Shown here: positions 56,077-64,000 of the stretch, piece after piece
Position numbering within the stretch: position 1 is the stretch's first letter
Layout of the letters: each line of letters starts with the position of its first letter
Assembly: GCF_009914755.1 (NCBI RefSeq)
Contig: NC_060933.1
Length of the DNA: 64,000 nucleotides
Strand: one strand, 5' to 3'
Source: the human T2T-CHM13v2.0 reference genome, Homo sapiens
The notes under the pieces: model-generated
Told to the model about the DNA's origin: nothing
The model's input: the letters and a program-made list of their open reading frames with translations, nothing else
Database searches by the model: none
Program-made: the position numbers and the translations under genes

Positions 56077-56679
56077 TTAAATAAAGTTCATGCATTGGAG
56101 ACAAGTATTCTAAGGAGAATTTTTTTTCTGTTTTATACTAAAGTTAAAAGCTTTATGGCATAGATACTTTATGGCACAGGGCTGAGCGTGTGTGTGAGTG
56201 CGTGTGTGCTTCTTTATGGTATAAAATAACTTTCAGGGAAGATCTGTCACTAGTCCAATTACCCGCTTCTGTTGTTCAAAAGAAGGCATTGCTCCTAGGA
56301 GGTATGTCAATTTTGGAGAATTCCAGCTGTTTAGTTTCACAGCCCCACATAGAAAATCTAGGTTTCCCTTGGCATCCTTATTTAACCAGCACTGCATCTG
56401 GCAATCCTTCTTAGATACTGTGATTTAAGATTTAAAAAAAAACACACACACACACACACACACAAAAAAAAAACCTTCCCACTGTCATCAGAGATAAAAT
56501 CTGTGTCTGTATACCATTATACTTGTTCCTTTGGGGTGATTTCTAAATCAAGGGAGGAAAATAAAATGAACTTGATTCCATCATCTAATACGTGGAAGCT
56601 CCCTCTTTACAGATAATTTGTATTTTTATTTATATTTCATTTTATTTAAAAAAAATCTTACTTTTTAAATATAGAAAAA

Positions 56680-58250
56680 AATCACACCCACTCACATATA
56701 GTCCATTGATCTTTGACAAAGAAACAAAGAAAATTTAATAGAGAAAGGTTTTTCTTTTCAACAAGTGGGGCTGGAACAGTTGGGCATTCATGTGTAAAAA
56801 TATAGATCTAGACACAGACCTTACACCTTTCACAAAAAAAACTCAAAATGAATTATAATCCTAAATACAAAATGCAAAACAATAAAACTTCTAAGAAATA
56901 ATATGGGAGAAAATATAGGAAACATTGGGTTTGGCAATAAGCTTTTAGATACAACACCAAAAAAATAAAAAAAATGCAAGAAAAAATGATAAGATAGACT
57001 ATCAAAAAAATAACTTCTGCTCTGTGAAAGACACTGTCAAGAAAAACATCTTGAGAAAAATCAAGACACAGACTGGGAGAAACTTGAAAATAAGCAAAAG
57101 ATCTGAACAGACATCTCATCAAAGAAGATGTACATACATCAAACAAGCACATGAAAATACTTTCAACATCACATCATTGGGAAAATTGTAAATTAAAACA
57201 ACAATGAGAGAGCCAGGCATGGTGGCTCATACCTATAATCCCAGCACTTCAGGAAGCTAAGGTGGGAGGATCACTTGAGCCCAGGAGTTCAAGATCAGCC
57301 TGGGCAGCATGGCGAGACCCCTATCTCTACAAAATTTTAAAAACTAGCCAGGTATGGTAGCTTATGACTGTGGTCCCAGATACTCAGGAGTCTGAGGTAG
57401 AAGGATTGCTTGAATCCAGGAGGTCGAGGCTGCAGTGAGCCATGCTTGTACCACTGCAATCCAGCCTGGGAGACAGAGCAAGAGTCTGTTTTTTTTAAAT
57501 AAAAACAAAAAAACAATGAGATGCCACCACAAACCTATTAGAATAGCTAAAATCTCAAACACTGACAACACTAAATGTTGGCAGGGATGGCGAGTAACAG
57601 AAACTCATCTGTTGCTGGTGGGAATGCAAAATGGTAACAGCACTTGGAAGAAAGTTAGGCAGTTAGTTTCTTATAAAACTGAACTTACTCTTGCCGCATG
57701 ATCCAGCATTCACACTTCTAGGTATTTACTCAATTAGTTTGAAAACTTACCCACACACAAAAGCCTACATGTGAGCATTTAGAAGCTTTATTCATAATTG
57801 CCAAAAACTGAAAGCAACCAAGACATCCCTCAACAGATAAATAAATCGACAAGCTATGGAACATCTTAACTGAGCTATCATGCCACCGAAAACCTAGAGA
57901 AACCTTAAATGCCTATTGTCAAATGAAAGAAGCCAATCTTAAAAAGTCACATGACATGATTCTAATTATATGACATTCTAGAAAAGTCAAAAAGCTACAG
58001 AAACAGCAGAAGGATCATGGTTACCAGAAGGGGAAGAGATGAATAGAGAAAGCATGGGATATTTCTAAGGCGATGAAACTGCTATTTATGATGCTATAAC
58101 GTGGGTAAATGCATTATACGTTTGTCAAAACCCATAGAACTGTCCAACATAAAGAGTGAATCTGCATGTAAACTATGGACTTCAGTTAATAATAATGCAT
58201 CAATCAGATTTATTAATTATAAAAAAATACATAATGAACAATATTAATGC
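56680..58250 (+). mobile_element. Old L1M (L1MC/MD-like) 3' fragment
   Basis: ORF2 C-terminal similarity (TTGATCTTTGACAAAG.., ATGAGATGCCACCACAAACCTATTAGAATAGCT) and L1MC-type 3'UTR (GTCAAAACCCATAGAACTG..GTAAACTATGGAC). Confidence 0.8.
57211..57512 (+). mobile_element. AluJ inside L1M
   Basis: GAGCCCAGGAGTTCAAG..GGAGGTCGAGGCTGCAGTGAGC; flanking AACAATGAGA repeat. Confidence 0.88.
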
Positions 58251-58555
58251 GGCCGGGTGCGGTGGCTCACGCCTGTAATCCCAGCACTTTGGGAGGCCGA
58301 GGTGGGCAGATCACAAGGTCAGGAGATCAAGACCATCCTGGCTAACATGGTGAAAACCCACCTCTACTAAAAATACAAAAAAATTAGCTGGGCGTGGTGG
58401 CAGGCGCCTGTAGTCCCAGCTATTCGGGAGGCTGGGGCAGGAGAAGTGAACCCGAGAGGCGGAGCTTGCAGTGAGCCGAGATCGGGCCACTGCACTCCAG
58501 CCTGGGTGACAGAGCGAGACTCCATCTCAAAAAAAAAAAAAAAAAAAAAAAAAAA
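58251..58555 (+). mobile_element. AluY, no visible TSD
   Basis: CCATCCTGGCTAACA and GGAGCTTGCAGTGAGCCGAGATCG diagnostics; long pure A tail. Confidence 0.92.
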
Positions 58556-60647
58556 TCAGGGACTTTGACAGAGGAGATAAGATGTCAAGGGAAGAAAAAT
58601 GGGGAATAATAGTGGAAGTAAATAAAAGGGAAGTAATACCTGTTTGTTTATAAGGCATTTTACATCTGGTGAAATAAAACTGTTTCCAGGTTAAATTTAA
58701 ATTTATAATATGCATGCTAACATTATTTCCTTACAGAATATAAATGACGTTCTGCAACTATAGGAAAATTAATTACATGTATGAAACAATTTTGGGATGA
58801 TCCACCCCCTGCTTTAGTATGCCCTGAAGGCCAAACTTACATATCCGTCATTCACAAAAACTTCCCTTTTTCATAGATTCTGCTTTCACACTGCCACACC
58901 TTCTACACTTTAAGTTGCCCTAGAGTGTCTTTTAAGTCTTCATGAAAAAGACTTCAGACAAATGATTTAGAAATGGATTAATCCAACAAAGGGTGTTACC
59001 CAGTGCACGCCTGTGGCTGTATGAAATGCAAGCTAGGACAGAGTTTAGGATGCAGCTTGTGTCTAAGTAACTTAGCTGTCTTTGCTCAGGAATAGTAGAC
59101 TGAATATCACCGGGAAGAAAAATGTTCTTTTTTGAAAAAAGACAAGGCATTCAGCCATGAAGGCCTGTATCATATGTTGTGTTCCTTAGGATCCAGAAAA
59201 AGGTCCCTAACAGAGTTGAAACCCACTGGATTCTTGTGGCTGTGATGTATGTCAATAGTTTTGAGTTCTCTACAAAACTACAGAGACCAAGGTACACTAT
59301 TGACACTTTCACTCATTAGGAATTACCTGCCTTTTTCTTCTGTCTTATTTCCCCAACTAGATAGTGAATTTCTTAAAGTTAGGAAACATGGTGTCTTTTT
59401 CCTTTTTTTTTTTTTGGATCATAAAACCATACTGTCTTAAACATCATATATGCTGAAAAAATGTTAATTTTTAATTATTATTTTAAATTTCACTTATATT
59501 TCATTTAAATGTATGTATTCAAAAGTACATGTAGTACAGGTTATAAATTTGTCGTGTTTCTCCTTTTTCTTCTTGAATGTATTTTTCTCATCTTAAATTC
59601 ATTTCAAAACTATATCTTATAATAAACGTAACATTTTCTCTTTTCTATTTTCTCCAAGCATGTTACAAATCTTCTCAAATTGATGTCATATGTTATTTAC
59701 TATACACTTTTTATATATGCTCAGGTATGTGTGAGATGCCTGTAAAATAGATTATTATGTGGAATTTTTATCTTAGAATTTTCATATACTTTGCCTGAAT
59801 GAACACTTAGGTGTACTTTTTAAATGTCAACATTGATTCATATTTTGACTTACGTGTAAATGTATCTAAAAATGAAACACAAAATTTGACAAAGACATAC
59901 AACCGTCTTTTGACAGAACCACTGCACTTTCACAGCACAACTTACACATACATTTTTAAACATTAAATTCTAGTTGTAGGCTTTTTACTTCTGGCCATGT
60001 TGAAGTAACTAATACTGGACTTGCTCTCTTGCTGTTAAAGGAAAAACAAACACTATAAAATTGGATGAAATAAAAGAGACTGCTCTTTTCAGAGAGTAGA
60101 CAACAGCTAGAGCTGGACTGTGATCTCAGAGAAAACAAAAAAGATTGGATTGATTCCTACATTCACCCTGATCTCACCCCGATGACAGTCCTCTTATTTT
60201 TTTCTGGACCATAATGCAGTATAGCAGAACCCAAGCAGAGAAGAGAAGACAAAAATCCCAATTTGGGGAGATTGAGACAGTAGGAATTTGCAGGTAGATT
60301 ACAGGAAAGAGAGAAACTATGCAGAAAATATCTCTGGAAATCTGAAATGGATTCCTTTTCAGTCTGTTCCTGAATATCAAATTTCAAATTGAAGAGTGCC
60401 CGGAGCTCATACAGAGCCAGGAGACAATGTTACAATTGCCAGAGTACAGAGTCCTTGTTAAAAACCCAGGGTATTCAGTATTGACCCTAAAAAATTATGT
60501 CTTTGTAATAGGGTTAAATCAGCTACAGAGTAAAAGCTACTCAAGAAGAACTTAATAATATTTAAAAGCAAAACTCTAAAAACTGACGTGTAAGTTACTT
60601 AACTAAGTGCCAGAACCAAGTTCACCACTTTTAAAGACAACAAAAAC

Positions 60648-60978
<331 letters not shown>

Positions 60979-61720
60979 TTACCATGTGTAAAAAGTATAT
61001 ATTTTGAATATTTAGAGATAGAAACCACGATGTTGAGATGTTCAGTACGCAATAAAAAATTACTAAGGATTCAATGAAGCAAGACATTGCAGCCATTATC
61101 TAGGAAGAAAAAAAAATCAGTCACTAGAAACAGATCCAGAAATGAAAATGGTGGTAGAATTAGCAAAGTCTTTAAGTTATTACATATTCACTCAATATCT
61201 TTTAAAAATTAAACGTCACAAAGAAAGAAATGTGAGACATAAAAAATGGTATTTGTAGAGCCAAAAAATATAACATCTGAAATTTAAAAAAAATTAGACA
61301 TGGTTAATGACAGATAATGCAGAGGAAAAGACCACTAAAATTAAAGACATAGAAACTGAACAAACTACAATACAGAGAAAAAAAAGAAAAAAAATATACA
61401 GAGAGTCAGTGACCTATGGTCCAATATTAAGCAATCTAATGTTTGTATAGTTGGAGTTCCAGAAAAAGAAAAAAAAACAGTGAGTGTGGGTGATTAAAAA
61501 TATTTCAATAATAATGTTCAATTTTTCCAAATTTGATGAAATCTATAAGCTTAACACATACTGCACAGTTTAAGTTCAAAGAAAACCATAATCTACTTGC
61601 TAAAAAAGTCATAAAGAGAAATTCTTAAATGCAGCTAGAGAAAAAAATGGATACACTACATATTGGACAATAAAGAGGGGAATAATTTTAGACTTCTTGA
61701 CAGAAATTATGCAAAGCAGA

Positions 61721-62618
61721 TGTATTAGTTTGCTAGGGCTGCCATAACCAAGTACCACAGATTGGGTGGCTAAAAAATAGAAATTTATTTCCTCATAGTT
61801 CTGGAGGCTAAAAATTATTCAGAAAGTTTTTCTCCCTAGTTTGTAATGACCATTGTATTAGGGTTTTACAGAGAAAGAGAACCAATAGGATATACTACAT
61901 ATGTATGTTATGACACATATTAATTGCATGTATAATATATTATGAATGTCGTATGTAGTGTGTATTCAATGTACATATCCTTCATTATATATTTTCTTCA
62001 TTATATAAAAATGAGGAATTGGCTCATGCATGCTGGAGACTCAGGAAAGCCGATGTTGTTATTCAGTCCCAGTGAAAAAGTCTGGGAACCGGGAGAGCTG
62101 ATGATGTAAACACAAGTTCAAGGGCAGCAGAAGATGAGATGAAATGTCCCAGCTCAAGCAGTGAGGCAGGAAAATGGGGAGAATTTCTCTTCTTCCACCT
62201 TTTGTTTTAATCAGGCCTTCAGCAGATTAACCAATACCCAACCACATTGGAGAGGGCAATCTGCTTTACTGAGTCCACCAATTCAAATGCTAATCTTATC
62301 TGGAAGTACACTCAGAGACACACCCCAAAACAATGTTTAGTCTGGGCATCCCATATCCCACTGAAGTTGACACATACAATTAACCATCATAGCCATATTC
62401 TTCCAGTATCTTCACATGGTCTTCTTTCTGTATCTGTATTCTCTTCTGTTTCCTCTTCTTGTAATGATGTCAGTCATACTGGATTAGGGCCCACGCATAT
62501 GACTTCGTTTCACCTTACTTAGGTAAGGACATATCTCCAAACACAGTTGCATTCTGAGCTATTGGGGGCTAAGACATCAACATATGAATTTTGGGAGGAA
62601 ACAATTCAGCCCGTAACA
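61721..62618 (-). mobile_element. MLT1A-type MaLR LTR split by an MLT2 LTR
   Basis: TGTATTAGTTTGCTAGGGCTGCCATAAC.. to 61853; resumes at 62392 and ends CAATTCAGCCCGTAACA. Confidence 0.8.
61854..62391 (-). mobile_element. ERVL LTR, MLT2-type
   Basis: TGTATTAGGGTTTTACAGAGAAAGAGAACCAATAGGA ... GTTGACACATACAATTAACCATCATA; TSD ACCAT/GCCAT. Confidence 0.85.
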
Positions 62619-62849
62619 CCAAATAACAATGAAAAGGCATATTTGAAATGATAAATGAAAACAAAAACTTTTTAATCTCTATTTGTAAAACCAGTAAAAA
62701 CATCATTAAAAATAAAGGGGAAAAAGTGTTTTTATACAAACACAACCTAAGAGAATTCATTACCAGCAGGCCTGTACTACAGGAAGTTCTTCAAGTGTAA
62801 AGAAAATAAAACCAGATGGAAATTCAGATCCACAAAATTAAGGACATTT

Positions 62850-63795
62850 GCTTCTGGCAAAGATGGAGTGACAGACTAGATTTCTTCTCCCACATGAAAT
62901 AACAAAAAATGGACAAAATATACAAAACACAGATTTGCAGGACACTGTACATAAAGTAACAAACGATAATAACCTTGAGATGGGAAACAAAGGAGATGTG
63001 CCACACAATTCCTTCAGCTTACTGCTTTCAGAGAGTCTCCAGGCTGCAAGGCAGGGAGGGCAAACTCACATAGAGCACAGCGGACTCGCTGAGTTGAGCG
63101 GATGGAGGTGAGAGTCTAGCGAGACCAAGGTGGCTAGAATTTGCAGAACAGAGAACCTGAGAAGAGAAAATTACACAGGGAGCGAACTCTGGCGTCTACT
63201 GAGAGTTTCCCTCACGTATTTAGTTCAGTACTAATGAGTGTACATGTGTGAGAAAACTACTTGAGATTGTGAAAAAAAAAATTACACAAAAGAATGAAGG
63301 TATTAATGTCTGGTAATCATGGGAAGAGTTTCTATTCCCACAAGCCATATGAAAGCCCTCATGATTCCTGGGGAATTGGGTAAAGTGCACAAAAAGAATA
63401 ATTAGCTTTACACGGAGCACTGTTCCTATACCACCTAGCAAATCTTCAAAAGCAAGACCTGAAGGGATTTTACTTGGAAGTAACTTATTGTGTCCCAGAC
63501 AGAACTCAAAAGTAATTATAAAAATGTTTCTAAAAATCATCAAGCAGCCGGGCGTGGTGGTGGGCGCCTGTAATCCCAGTTTCCTGGGAGGCTGAGGCAG
63601 AGAACTGCTTGAACCTGGGTGGCAGAGGTTGCAGTGAGCCAAGATCACACCACTGCACTCCAGCCTGGGTGACAGAGTGAGACTCCTTCCCTCCCCTCCA
63701 AAAAAAAAAAAAAAAATCATCCAGCACCTCACAAGGTAAAATTCAGTGTTTGATATCCAGCTAAAATTAGTAGGCACACAAAAAGGAAGGAAAAT
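62850..63795 (+). mobile_element. Second old L1M 5' end
   Basis: CTTCTGGCAAAGATGGAGTGACAG..AAAAATGGACAAAATATACAAAACA resembles the 5' start at 59985. Confidence 0.55.
63547..63716 (+). mobile_element. 5'-truncated Alu (right arm only)
   Basis: TSD AAAAATCATC(A/C)AGCA (63532-63546 / 63712-63726). Confidence 0.88.
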
Positions 63796-64000
63796 GGCCA
63801 GGCATGGTGGGTGACACCTATAATCCCAGCATTTGCCCTTTAGGAGGCCACAGAGGGATCACTTGAGGTCAAGAGTCCAAGACCAGCCCAAGCAACATAG
63901 CAAGACCCCATCTCTACAAAAAATAAAATAAAACTTAGCCAGGTGTGGTGATGCACGCCTGTAATTCTAGCTATTCAGGGAGCTGAGAGAGGAGGATCAC
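63796..64000 (+). mobile_element. AluJ-like element, cut by the window edge
   Basis: GGCCAGGCATGGTGG..CAACATAGCAAGACCCCATCTCTAC..TTAGCCAGGTGTGG. Confidence 0.85.

Noticed and set aside
63220-63777. 185-aa minus-strand ORF
   Set aside because: Composed of antisense Alu and L1M sequence (typical Alu-derived [11 protein letters not shown] peptide).

Overview
AT-rich, repeat-dense primate (human/great-ape-like) non-coding DNA. I see no intact host protein-coding gene, tRNA, rRNA or CRISPR array, and almost all ORF-track entries are spurious or repeat-derived. The main landmarks are: (1) a full-length, retrotransposition-dead L1PA2/late-L1PA3-type LINE-1 at 27214-33256 (+) with a perfect 17-bp TSD, one nonsense codon in ORF1, four lesions in ORF2 and an intact antisense 71-aa ORF0; (2) a full-length processed pseudogene of SSB (La autoantigen) on the minus strand at ~10716-12287, inserted into an old L1M 3' end; (3) many Alus, MaLR/ERVL LTRs, L1M, L2, MIR and DNA-transposon fossils, some nested. 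The least explained signals are small local template-copy scars: a 44-bp copy pasted into an L1M from ~1.4 kb away, an inverted repeat enclosing a 45-bp copy from 2.1 kb away, a duplication with snap-back filler, a shattered transposon TIR and a 122-bp tandem duplication. There are also an old L1 with twin-priming geometry and several unique CpG- or motif-rich blocks that may be enhancers. Repeat subfamily names come from remembered consensus sequences and need RepeatMasker/Dfam confirmation. I could not identify the genomic locus.
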